Shown here: positions 1-8,550 of the stretch, piece after piece
How positions within the stretch are numbered: position 1 is the first letter of the stretch
How the letters are laid out: each line of letters begins with the position of its first letter
IMG/VR virus record: IMGVR_UViG_3300030330_001673
Coordinates: 1-36,471 of that record
Strand: one strand, 5' to 3'
Length of the DNA: 36,471 nucleotides
Source: a virus
Lineage: Duplodnaviria > Caudoviricetes
Notes under the pieces: model-generated
Told to the model about the DNA's origin: nothing
Database searches by the model: none
The model's input: the letters and a program-made list of their open reading frames with translations, nothing else
Position numbers and translations under genes: made by a program

Positions 1-99
1 CCCACTTTATGCCAGTAACAACAGCTTCATAGTTTTTTTCAATGTAAGCGTAGGGGCTTTCAACATGTTTTATGGTTGAGTTAAACATTGCTTTGGCTA
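1..99. repeat. 99-bp terminal direct repeat (circular assembly overlap), left copy
   Basis: 1-99 is identical to 36373-36471, and a reading frame continues across the join. Confidence 0.97.
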
Positions 100-3000
100 A
101 TATTACTGGGTCATTTACAATTAACTTACCAAGCTGTATACCCATAACTGATAGTTCACCAGTTGTTAAAAACGCTCTTAGACCTTGTATAAAATCTAAT
201 GGCGGGCCCGTAATTGAGTTTTTGTTTTGTGTGTAATCAAATAAATCTCCAAAATTTTTCTGAACACTTTCTTCTACTTCTTTTGGTATTGGCTTACCTA
301 AAATTGTAGACTCACCATATTTTGTTCGCATAAAGTTTTGCCTTATACCAGTTTCTCTTTTATCAAGTTCATCTTTTCTTGCTTTTAAATGAACAACAAT
401 AGGGTGCTGAGTTTGTTCTTGTGCTAGTAGTTCTTGATATTCTTGCTGTATTTCTGGTGGTCTTGTTTTTCTTTTTTCAATAGCATTTATTCGCCTTCTA
501 ACGCCATTATATGTAGCTAGCCTGTCGCTTAATTCTTTTTGTATTTGTGCTTTTTCATTATCTAGTTCGGCTTTAATTTTTGACTCTGCGTAAATATCTG
601 ACCTTCTTTTTAGTGGCGCTGTTTCTTCTAATCTTCTTTGCACTATTGATCTTCCAAGCAAATCAATTCCTTGGTGAAACCTAGATTGCAACGCATATTT
701 AGGGTTCATCACAACTTCGTAACCTTCATCTAGTAAATCATCAATATCTTCAAATAATCTATTTTTTATAAAATCTGTTTTACTACCTTGCACACCACTT
801 GTTCTGCTTGCCTGCAACCCTAAAGTATCCATTATTCTACTTGTAAATGATTGCTCATTCTTGTCAGGTCTTTTGGTAACAATTCTGTGAAAATAATATT
901 CTTTTTCGTTAGCTATGATTTTTGTTTTCATACCCGGGTCCTCAAATTTTAACCTGTCAAACAGTTCTCCTATTTTTCTATACTGGGCATTTTGGTGTTT
1001 TTGTATTGATTCAAGCAAAGCTCTTTGATCTTGTGTTAAGTCATACCTGTTATAAGATGGGTGTTTAGGGTCAAGTGAATTTACAATGTCGTGTATTGTT
1101 CTTGAGTAAGATGAAGCATAAGCGTTGTTGTCAATTAACCATTTCTCTCTAACTAAAGTTCTTTCGTAATCATCCATGTCAACATTTTCTAGTTGCCTTT
1201 TATCAAATTCATACCTAGCTATTATCTTGCCTTCTTTATCTTTTGCTACTAACTTGTCACTGTATTTTAAATTTAATGCTTTACCATCAAGTTCTTCACC
1301 AAAACCACCAAATATTATTTTTTTAATCCTTTGACCTAAAGGACCTTTTCTAAATAATTTTTTACTTAAACCACTACCTTTTATGTTAAACATAAAATGT
1401 TGTTGCATTGAGTACATAATTCTGTCTATGTAACTATCAGCTAATGCCATTTCTTTTTGTCTCCACATTTCAAACTTAGCTCTTAATATTCCTATTTCGT
1501 CATTTGGTCTATACAGGTTTGGGTTTACAAATTTTAAAGGACTAAGCACTGCTCTACTAATAGAGTTAGACATAAGCCCAGCAATTTGTTTTCTTTGTGG
1601 TTCTGCTAAGTTCTCCCAATAAGTGTCAAGGTTTAAGTTGGTATCGTACTCTAACTCACTTGGGTCTATTGGTGGTTTTTTATTGTTGTAAACATCAGCT
1701 TCGTGATCTGTTTTAGTCCTTCCTCTTGCATCAAGGAAATCAGCTGTTAAAGTTCTTTGAGAACCATCAATTGGGTCTTTTTTATCAAGAGCTTTGTACT
1801 CACCAACATCTTTTGATTTTGGCACCAATTCTGTTTTAACTTCAGCTATTTGGTCACCACCTTGTAATTTTTCTACATCACTTGGTGGTTTCTTGCCACT
1901 AAACCCTTGCTTAGTTGCTTTAGCAAGATTCTCTGACGTTGCTTCTTCAAATCTTTGGTTTGCTTCATCGTAAAATCTTTTTAAATCATCTTTGGTTTTT
2001 ATGTTAGCCTTAAACTCTTCTTTAAACTTTTTTGAATCATCTAAAGCTTCTTCAATTGGAACTACTTTAATTACCCTAGCTTTGTTGCTAATTCTTGGCC
2101 TAATAAAAAATTCGTTACCAAAACCCCTGTCTAAGAAATTGTAATCTTTTGCAGGTACTTGCGACATATCTACAATTGCAACGAAATCCCTAGATACTTG
2201 CTCACCTTTTGATGTTACCTGTTTGTTGTAGAAGTCATTCCAATTTTCTAAGTCAGATGTAATCATTAGTGCACCCTTGTGTGGTTTGCTTCCAGTAGCT
2301 TCTTTTGCTAAATCTTGTGGCCCTTTATCTGGGTTTATCCAAAAGTTTTGGTCTTTGGTTACATGATAGTATCTACCATTTTTAAATTCTTTAAATACAG
2401 AGTTTTCAAAATCTTGGTAGTTGTCATATTTTTGAGCTTCATTAAACAAACCACGTTTCCATGTAGCATGTTTTTGAATTTGGTAATTGTTTAAAATCCT
2501 GTTTATAGCAGTTTTGTATTGAGATATAATTTTTAAATTACCTGCTATTTTTCTAGTTTCTTTTAAGTCTTTTAAAACTTCTTGCAGTTGGTCGTATTGC
2601 CATTGTGAAATTTGCCTACTGTCTAAATTAATACCAGTAACTAAAATTTTTTTAATTTGGTCTCCGTATTTAGTTCTTATTGTTTGTGATGCAGCTTTCT
2701 TTTTACCTGACCTATCAGTAATTTTTGGTATTCTTAGAATGTCTGCCCATTCATCACCACTAGCATTTTTAGTTAGACCAGCAAAAACAGAATTAACAAA
2801 TCTTGTTTTTTCTTGCAAACTATCAATGTAATTTTTTCGTAGTGTATCGTTACTTATATTAAAAAACTCTGGTGCTGGTTCTTGATCTGTAGTAACTTCA
2901 GTTGTTTCTGTTTTCTTTTTTGTTAAATCTTCAGCTGTAAATTTTTGTTTTCCTGTGCTGTCAACTTCCCCAGCAAAGTATTTAGGGTCGTCAAGCAAAT

Positions 3001-5407
3001 TTTGGGTGATTGAGTAGTAACCTTCATTTGACTCTGTTGCTTTTACAGCTAGATCGCCAAGTTCTTTTAATGTAGTATTCCTGTATTCGTCAGTAATTGA
3101 CTCAACATTTGTATCAAAATGCTCAAGCGTACCCCTTAACTCTCTTATGATTGCTTTCCACTGATTTTCGTTAAATGTAACAAATCCATATTTTTCTCGT
3201 GCGTTAGCCAATCTTGTTTCTAAAGGATCAGTTACGCTTCCTTGTATTTGTATTCTACTTCTATCTAAATCAGTAATAATGTTTCTTAAACGAATATCAT
3301 TTGTCCTGCTAACAAAATCTTCTCCAAAAAACTTTTTTGCAGAAGCAATAGTATCTTTCCATTCAAGTTTAATTGGTGGTCTTTGTGGCTCACCAAATTG
3401 TGCAACAGTTCTGTTATAGTTCTGTATGTAATCAAGAAAAGCATCTTTTGCAAGCTGTCCTCTTGCATGAAATTGTTGTTCCTTTGGCAACTTTCTAATT
3501 GCAGTCATTGCTTTTTTTAATTCATCACCGAGCTCGTTGTAAATATTACCAATGATGTCATTTGGTGTGATAGCTCTCCTGCCTTCTAGTATTTGCCTGC
3601 CTTGCCCGTTTACTCTCAGCGGAGTAAATTGTTCTTCCATTGTTTTTGGAAAAGGGTTCTTTGCATCATCAAACTTTACTTTTTGGTCACTTAGGTAGTC
3701 TTGCATCTTTTTTATTAACTCACCAGATGTTTGCAAAGTGTCATAGTAAGTGTTTTGTATTAACTCAATTTGAGCTTTGTGACCTTCAATTATTGATTCA
3801 ATTGCAAGCTTGTCACTGTCACTAAGTTGTAAATATTCTTGCGATTCTGTAATTTCTGTTTTCAGTGTTTTGTAAACATTGGCGTTTTCATCATCCATCA
3901 GCGCTTCAACATAGTTTTGTATATTGTTTTTTGGCGATTCAACATCATATTTATTTAATATTTTTAATAATTCTGTTGTTGATTTACTTGTTTGCAACTT
4001 AGTATCTGCAAATTCTTTTTTCATTTCTTTGATTACAATCGACAACGGGTCTACTCTTGGAACTATGTTTCCGTCAGAACCACCAGTAATTGGTCTTTCA
4101 AAATACATATTTAGTTTTTCTAAATATTCTTGTGTTTTCTTTTTAGATAAGTTGCTCCTTGTGCCCGGTATAATTGAAGATACCTGTTTTACTCCTGCTC
4201 TGCCAAGACCATAGCTAATTTGTCCACCAGCAATACCACCACCTGTAAGGGCTAGTGCTCCACCAAAGCTTAACAGTGCATTTGCAACTGGGCTCTTTTC
4301 TCTAAATTCTGGGTTGTGTTTTTCTATAGCAGCATCAATACCACGCATACCAGATACAAAAGCTGTACCTAGCGCTAGTTCTGAACCACCCCTTTGCAAC
4401 ATTCCTTTTAGGCCCGGTGTGTGGTAGCCAAAAGGTTTTAGTACATTACCAACTGCACCTTTGAATCTATTTTGTTTGGCTGGAGAAGTAATAACTTTAT
4501 TGTTTATAGGATAGGGCCTGTATCTTGCTCCTAAATTAGCTTGTACAATATCTTTATTTATTTCGTTCTTAGCGATTGCACCATAGTTTTTATCATAAAC
4601 TGTTTGCTTTATAGCTCCACTAACACCGGTTCCTGTAGGTTTTGGGCTGTATGCCATCATAGCTGCAATTGTAATATGAATATCAAGTGGTGCAGTGTTT
4701 TGCCTAAAAGACTCAGCAACAAAACCTGCTTCCGCACCAAAGTTTTCAGTTACATAATTAGTAAACTCTACTGGTAACACAGGTTCTAAATATGACTTAT
4801 CTAACTCTGAAAATATTTCACCATCAATTTCTTCTTGCTTAATGTATCTTTGATATGATTTCCCAGCTATTTCCCCAAACTCTGGCAAAGATATTATATT
4901 TGCTAAGTTGTCGTTAAACTTTTGCACACCTGTCATGTGCTTTTGTCTTTCTTCTTTGTTTTGCTGTTTTGATTGTGTCCACTCTTGTATGTAATCAAGT
5001 GCAGGAAAGTAAGTGCCGGGGTCCAACACTGTGTTTAGGATTGGCACTACTATGTCGCTTGATGGTGCAATGTCACTTGAGAATTGTTTTACTGGATCAG
5101 GGATGCTGTCAAAACCTTTTTTTACAGCATTAAAACCATAATTTAATCCTCTTTCAGCACCTATTCTTAAAATGTTAAAATTAGATGGTGTTTTTTGTGC
5201 TGTGTCATAAGCATCACGCAATCTTCTAATTGTTTGATCAGTAATTTCTTTTCTTTTACGTTTTGATTCAGAAGTTGAAAGGTCTAAAAAATTTTCTGTT
5301 GGTACGCCTGTATAGTTGTTAGTACCACTGCTAATGTTGTTCCATGTTTGTCTTAGAAAGTTTCTAAACCCTGAGTCTGTAGGTGTATCTTCTTTTGGAA
5401 ATCCCAT
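1..5407 (-). CDS. Giant internal virion/ejection (polyvalent-like) protein, 5' part; ~2426 aa in total, with an ADP-ribosyltransferase-like module
   Basis: ATG at 5407-5405 (MGFPKEDTPTDSGF...) with RBS GAGGTGA at 5417-5411. Manual translation stays open to base 1 and is in frame with the 34499..36460 ORF (...VNDPVILAKA-MFNSTIKHVESP). The ORF track missed it because it runs off the edge. Confidence 0.88.
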   Translation of the reverse strand, partial: MGFPKEDTPTDSGFRNFLRQTWNNISSGTNNYTGVPTENFLDLSTSESKRKRKEITDQTIRRLRDAYDTAQKTPSNFNILRIGAERGLNYGFNAVKKGFDSIPDPVKQFSSDIAPSSDIVVPILNTVLDPGTYFPALDYIQEWTQSKQQNKEERQKHMTGVQKFNDNLANIISLPEFGEIAGKSYQRYIKQEEIDGEIFSELDKSYLEPVLPVEFTNYVTENFGAEAGFVAESFRQNTAPLDIHITIAAMMAYSPKPTGTGVSGAIKQTVYDKNYGAIAKNEINKDIVQANLGARYRPYPINNKVITSPAKQNRFKGAVGNVLKPFGYHTPGLKGMLQRGGSELALGTAFVSGMRGIDAAIEKHNPEFREKSPVANALLSFGGALALTGGGIAGGQISYGLGRAGVKQVSSIIPGTRSNLSKKKTQEYLEKLNMYFERPITGGSDGNIVPRVDPLSIVIKEMKKEFADTKLQTSKSTTELLKILNKYDVESPKNNIQNYVEALMDDENANVYKTLKTEITESQEYLQLSDSDKLAIESIIEGHKAQIELIQNTYYDTLQTSGELIKKMQDYLSDQKVKFDDAKNPFPKTMEEQFTPLRVNGQGRQILEGRRAITPNDIIGNIYNELGDELKKAMTAIRKLPKEQQFHARGQLAKDAFLDYIQNYNRTVAQFGEPQRPPIKLEWKDTIASAKKFFGEDFVSRTNDIRLRNIITDLDRSRIQIQGSVTDPLETRLANAREKYGFVTFNENQWKAIIRELRGTLEHFDTNVESITDEYRNTTLKELGDLAVKATESNEGYYSITQNLLDDPKYFAGEVDSTGKQKFTAEDLTKKKTETTEVTTDQEPAPEFFNISNDTLRKNYIDSLQEKTRFVNSVFAGLTKNASGDEWADILRIPKITDRSGKKKAASQTIRTKYGDQIKKILVTGINLDSRQISQWQYDQLQEVLKDLKETRKIAGNLKIISQYKTAINRILNNYQIQKHATWKRGLFNEAQKYDNYQDFENSVFKEFKNGRYYHVTKDQNFWINPDKGPQDLAKEATGSKPHKGALMITSDLENWNDFYNKQVTSKGEQVSRDFVAIVDMSQVPAKDYNFLDRGFGNEFFIRPRISNKARVIKVVPIEEALDDSKKFKEEFKANIKTKDDLKRFYDEANQRFEEATSENLAKATKQGFSGKKPPSDVEKLQGGDQIAEVKTELVPKSKDVGEYKALDKKDPIDGSQRTLTADFLDARGRTKTDHEADVYNNKKPPIDPSELEYDTNLNLDTYWENLAEPQRKQIAGLMSNSISRAVLSPLKFVNPNLYRPNDEIGILRAKFEMWRQKEMALADSYIDRIMYSMQQHFMFNIKGSGLSKKLFRKGPLGQRIKKIIFGGFGEELDGKALNLKYSDKLVAKDKEGKIIARYEFDKRQLENVDMDDYERTLVREKWLIDNNAYASSYSRTIHDIVNSLDPKHPSYNRYDLTQDQRALLESIQKHQNAQYRKIGELFDRLKFEDPGMKTKIIANEKEYYFHRIVTKRPDKNEQSFTSRIMDTLGLQASRTSGVQGSKTDFIKNRLFEDIDDLLDEGYEVVMNPKYALQSRFHQGIDLLGRSIVQRRLEETAPLKRRSDIYAESKIKAELDNEKAQIQKELSDRLATYNGVRRRINAIEKRKTRPPEIQQEYQELLAQEQTQHPIVVHLKARKDELDKRETGIRQNFMRTKYGESTILGKPIPKEVEESVQKNFGDLFDYTQNKNSITGPPLDFIQGLRAFLTTGELSVMGIQLGKLIVNDPVILAKAMFNSTIKHVESPYAYIEKNYEAVVTGIKW

Positions 5408-5416
5408 TTGTCACCT

Positions 5417-5578
5417 CTAAAAACCTGTAAATGAAAATTGATAAACGCTTTTCCTGTCTTGTGTTTGTTCTTTACACTTTGGGCAGGTTTGTTTTTCTTC
5501 CTTAAATGATTGTGTTATTACTTCAAATGTATTAGTTTCGCAGTCTTTATTTTTGCAAATGTAATCGTATTTTGGCAT
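5417..5578 (-). CDS. FmdB-like zinc-ribbon protein (53 aa)
   Basis: MPKYDYICKNKDC...CPKC follows the MPxYxYxC...CPxC pattern; its start overlaps the upstream stop. Confidence 0.8.
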   Translation of the reverse strand: MPKYDYICKNKDCETNTFEVITQSFKEEKQTCPKCKEQTQDRKSVYQFSFTGF

Positions 5579-6672
5579 TAATCTGGCTTCCTTGCAACTT
5601 CCCCCATTAACACTTCTATATTACCATCAACTATCCAGTTAGCGCTTGTCACAGTGCTTGATACTGTTAATGCTTTGCTAACTAAAGAGTTGTCTCCACC
5701 TATCCTGTTAAACGTAATTTCTAGTTCACCAATGTCTAATTTTTTTAAATCACAAGTTCCACCACTAGAAACAATGTTAGTAAGGTTTAATTGGTTGACG
5801 TATGTCTTAGATGATGACATTGAATCTAGTGGCGATATATGTAATCGGTCATACAAGCCACCTTCCGTTTGAAGCAAATCGCTCATGAAATACCCACCAC
5901 TTACTCGTAAGTTAGGTATAGTTGATGAAGCTGTCTGATATACAGACAAGCCATCTGCTTGATTATCTTTTATTGTAATCTTGTTTGCGTTTATGCTTTC
6001 AAGGTTTAATGTTTTACAACTGTTTCTGCTAAACACAAGCTTGCCTATCTCAATCCTAGTGTTGTTACCATCAATAAGGATTGCTTCTGTTTTACTATGT
6101 GGCAAAGCTGATGGTTGTCCATTACTTGCATAAGATGTACCTATGTTTACGTTTGATATATCAATTGTTTCTACTGGAGTGTCGTTTAACAGAACCCGCA
6201 ATGTATTAGTAGTTATCTCTTCTTTAAATTGTTCTTCTAGTTCAGAGTTTGGTATCTCAGATGGAGCAAGATAAACACCTGCATCACGATTGCTGAACGA
6301 CCTTTCCGCTAAAATTGTTTCGTTTACAACCACACCAGTTCCAACTGTAGAACCAACTGCTAAGAAAGACATAGCCATCTGTGGACTAAATCCTAACTTA
6401 AGAAGTAAATTGTATGGACTTGCCATAACTTGAAAGAACCTATGCCATTTCTTGCTCTCTTGATCAAGGTAATCAACCTTAGCCATCACATAATCTCTGA
6501 TAATAAGGCCTTTCCTGTAGGCTTGTATTGCCAATAACACAGGAGAGTACAGAATAGAAAATATCATTCTTTTAAAAGCTTTTGCTATTTCCAAGAAAAA
6601 TTTGCCAAACCCTTTTACAACTTTGACAGGTATTCCTAGTATCCCTTTAATTATTTTTATTATTTTTTTCAT
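5578..6672 (-). CDS. Hypothetical membrane-associated protein with a beta-rich (beta-helix-like) C-terminus
   Basis: 364-aa ORF with a basic amphipathic/hydrophobic N-terminus and an Asn/Ser/Ile-rich C-terminal part; coupled to its neighbours. Confidence 0.65.
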   Translation of the reverse strand: MKKIIKIIKGILGIPVKVVKGFGKFFLEIAKAFKRMIFSILYSPVLLAIQAYRKGLIIRDYVMAKVDYLDQESKKWHRFFQVMASPYNLLLKLGFSPQMAMSFLAVGSTVGTGVVVNETILAERSFSNRDAGVYLAPSEIPNSELEEQFKEEITTNTLRVLLNDTPVETIDISNVNIGTSYASNGQPSALPHSKTEAILIDGNNTRIEIGKLVFSRNSCKTLNLESINANKITIKDNQADGLSVYQTASSTIPNLRVSGGYFMSDLLQTEGGLYDRLHISPLDSMSSSKTYVNQLNLTNIVSSGGTCDLKKLDIGELEITFNRIGGDNSLVSKALTVSSTVTSANWIVDGNIEVLMGEVARKPD

Positions 6673-6785
6673 TTTGAATATACTTCACCTATTACAATTA
6701 TACTTGCCAAACACAAACCAAGCAAAGCTGTTGATGCAATAAGTTTCTTTTTTGCTGTGCTTTGTGTTTTATTTTTACCTGACAT
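6669..6785 (-). CDS. Small single-pass membrane protein (38 aa)
   Basis: MSGKNKTQSTAKKKLIASTALLGLCLASIIVIGEVYSK; ATGA overlap with the next gene. Confidence 0.6.
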   Translation of the reverse strand: MSGKNKTQSTAKKKLIASTALLGLCLASIIVIGEVYSK

Positions 6786-6789
6786 AGGT

Positions 6790-7146
6790 TTAGTAGCCTG
6801 TCAAAAATCTTGTTCTTGGAACTAAGTTTCTTGTGTATGGGTTACCCATTTGCCTGTATATTCTGTCAGTAAATGGTATCGTGCTTCTTCTATTGCCAGT
6901 AGCAGGGTCTGGTGTTTGACCTAAGAACTCAGTAAATCTAAGTGATGGCTGTTCACCACGTAATGCTTGTGAACCTAATTCTGCAAGAAACTCATTCTGT
7001 ACATCTTGAAAAACATTTTCTAGTGCTTGTTTTTTTCTTTGACTTGTTGGTAAATTACCAAATAAATTTTGATAGCCACCAAAGAAAAGTGATCTTCGGC
7101 CACTTTGTGAATCTTCTAAATAATCTAAGAAAGGATTGTCTGCCAT
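6790..7146 (-). CDS. Hypothetical virion-associated protein (possible internal/ejection protein)
   Basis: 118-aa ORF abutting the upstream gene in the portal operon. Confidence 0.6.
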   Translation of the reverse strand: MADNPFLDYLEDSQSGRRSLFFGGYQNLFGNLPTSQRKKQALENVFQDVQNEFLAELGSQALRGEQPSLRFTEFLGQTPDPATGNRRSTIPFTDRIYRQMGNPYTRNLVPRTRFLTGY

Positions 7147-8550
7147 TTAACTACCAAAAAACTCCTCAGTTATACTTCCATCAGCTCCAACTTTTCTTTT
7201 CTTTAAACCATAACCCCTGCCAAGTTGGTCAATTAGTCTTGCAGGTGTTCCTTCTGTACCAAGTCCTGTTCTTGCTGCTTCTCTTATTTGCAAATCACCA
7301 ATGCTTGGCAATGATCCTGCAATTAAATTAAATCCTGTAGAACCTAATTGTCCACGTAAAGCTGATTGTGCTAAGTTTTCAAGACCTCTGTTAAACTGTT
7401 GATTTGTTCCGCTAGTAATCGCACTTCTTAATGGGTCAGCTAAAACTTCTTCTGGTGCACTTGCAAGCTGGCTAAACAGCCTACCTGACCTTCTTCTTAG
7501 TTCTTGTGGCGATATTCCCCCAACAAAATCTTCAAATGTTGTTCCTTGCCTAGCTAAACCTGAACCTTCCATGTCAATACCTTCTAAACCTAGCGCATCT
7601 AATATTCCTGTGTTTTCTGTAAGTAAATTATTTGCTAAACTGCCAAGCCCGTAAAGTGTTTGGTATGCAGGTGAGAGTGAAGTTAAAAAGTTTTGAAATC
7701 CTGTTCTTGGACCTTCAGCTGTAAAATCACCAAATCCTTGACGGCCTAAACCACGTAAAAACGCCGCTTCAGTACCAAGTGGTCCTACCCCTTCAAGAGT
7801 TTCTGGTATACCAAGCGCTGCTCTTGCAGCTGACGAAGCACCAATAAGTGCTCCTGCATCAAAATCACCACTGGCCATCCCGCCACCACCAAAGTCTCCT
7901 GTCATCCTAGAAGAACCTTGAAATGCTGCGGCTGGAAAAACATCTATATCTCTTAATATTTCATTGTCAAAACCTGATGCTTCTCTAATTACATTCCCAT
8001 CTTCATCAACAAAAGCATTTTGCTCACTGTCATATCTTGTGCCATCAGGTAAACCAAACGTGTCTAATAAATTGTCAGGTAACTCAAAAAAGCCAGTATC
8101 TTCAAAATCTTCTAAAAGCTCTTGCAATCCATTATTATTACCACCACCATCATCACCACCATCATCACCACCATCACCACCTAAATCAGCTGGATTCATT
8201 CCAAACAATGTTCTTGTGTCTCTACCTTCTGATGCTAGTGTAGGTCTAAATTGTGTTCTTTCATCTTCTGGTAGCAACTCTAAAGCTTCTTCTAAAGCTG
8301 ATTGAGCTAAACCTGCTGATGGAGCTAATTGTGTTAAATTTTCTCTGGTTTGCTCTGGCGCATCAAATACTGATTCACCGACAGTTATAGGAGCATCACC
8401 ACCTTGCAAAGTTACAGACCTAACTGAATCACCTGCTTCAGCTGCTTGCTCATTGGCAATACGTGCAGCAGTTATTTGGGAATTTGGTCCATCAGGCACA
8501 TTAACATCAAAAGTTGAACCCGATCCTAATGTAATTGTATATATTGCCAT
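7147..8550 (-). CDS. Acidic Gly-rich putative internal virion/ejection protein
   Basis: 467-aa low-complexity G/A/D/E-rich ORF directly after the portal; its start overlaps the portal stop. Confidence 0.6.
   Translation of the reverse strand: MAIYTITLGSGSTFDVNVPDGPNSQITAARIANEQAAEAGDSVRSVTLQGGDAPITVGESVFDAPEQTRENLTQLAPSAGLAQSALEEALELLPEDERTQFRPTLASEGRDTRTLFGMNPADLGGDGGDDGGDDGGGNNNGLQELLEDFEDTGFFELPDNLLDTFGLPDGTRYDSEQNAFVDEDGNVIREASGFDNEILRDIDVFPAAAFQGSSRMTGDFGGGGMASGDFDAGALIGASSAARAALGIPETLEGVGPLGTEAAFLRGLGRQGFGDFTAEGPRTGFQNFLTSLSPAYQTLYGLGSLANNLLTENTGILDALGLEGIDMEGSGLARQGTTFEDFVGGISPQELRRRSGRLFSQLASAPEEVLADPLRSAITSGTNQQFNRGLENLAQSALRGQLGSTGFNLIAGSLPSIGDLQIREAARTGLGTEGTPARLIDQLGRGYGLKKRKVGADGSITEEFFGS
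8141..8182. repeat. Short tandem repeat (CCACCATCATCA-type) encoding a GGDD linker
   Basis: ccaccaccatcatcaccaccatcatcaccaccatcaccacc reads GGDGGDDGGDDGGG on the minus strand. Confidence 0.7.

Noticed and set aside
1-5400. Apparent coding desert suggesting stop-codon reassignment or a large ncRNA
   Set aside because: One minus-strand frame is open throughout in the standard code; the ORF simply runs off the contig edge.
8037-8243. Poly-histidine ORF on the plus strand
   Set aside because: It is the antisense shadow of the GGDD repeat in the real minus-strand gene.
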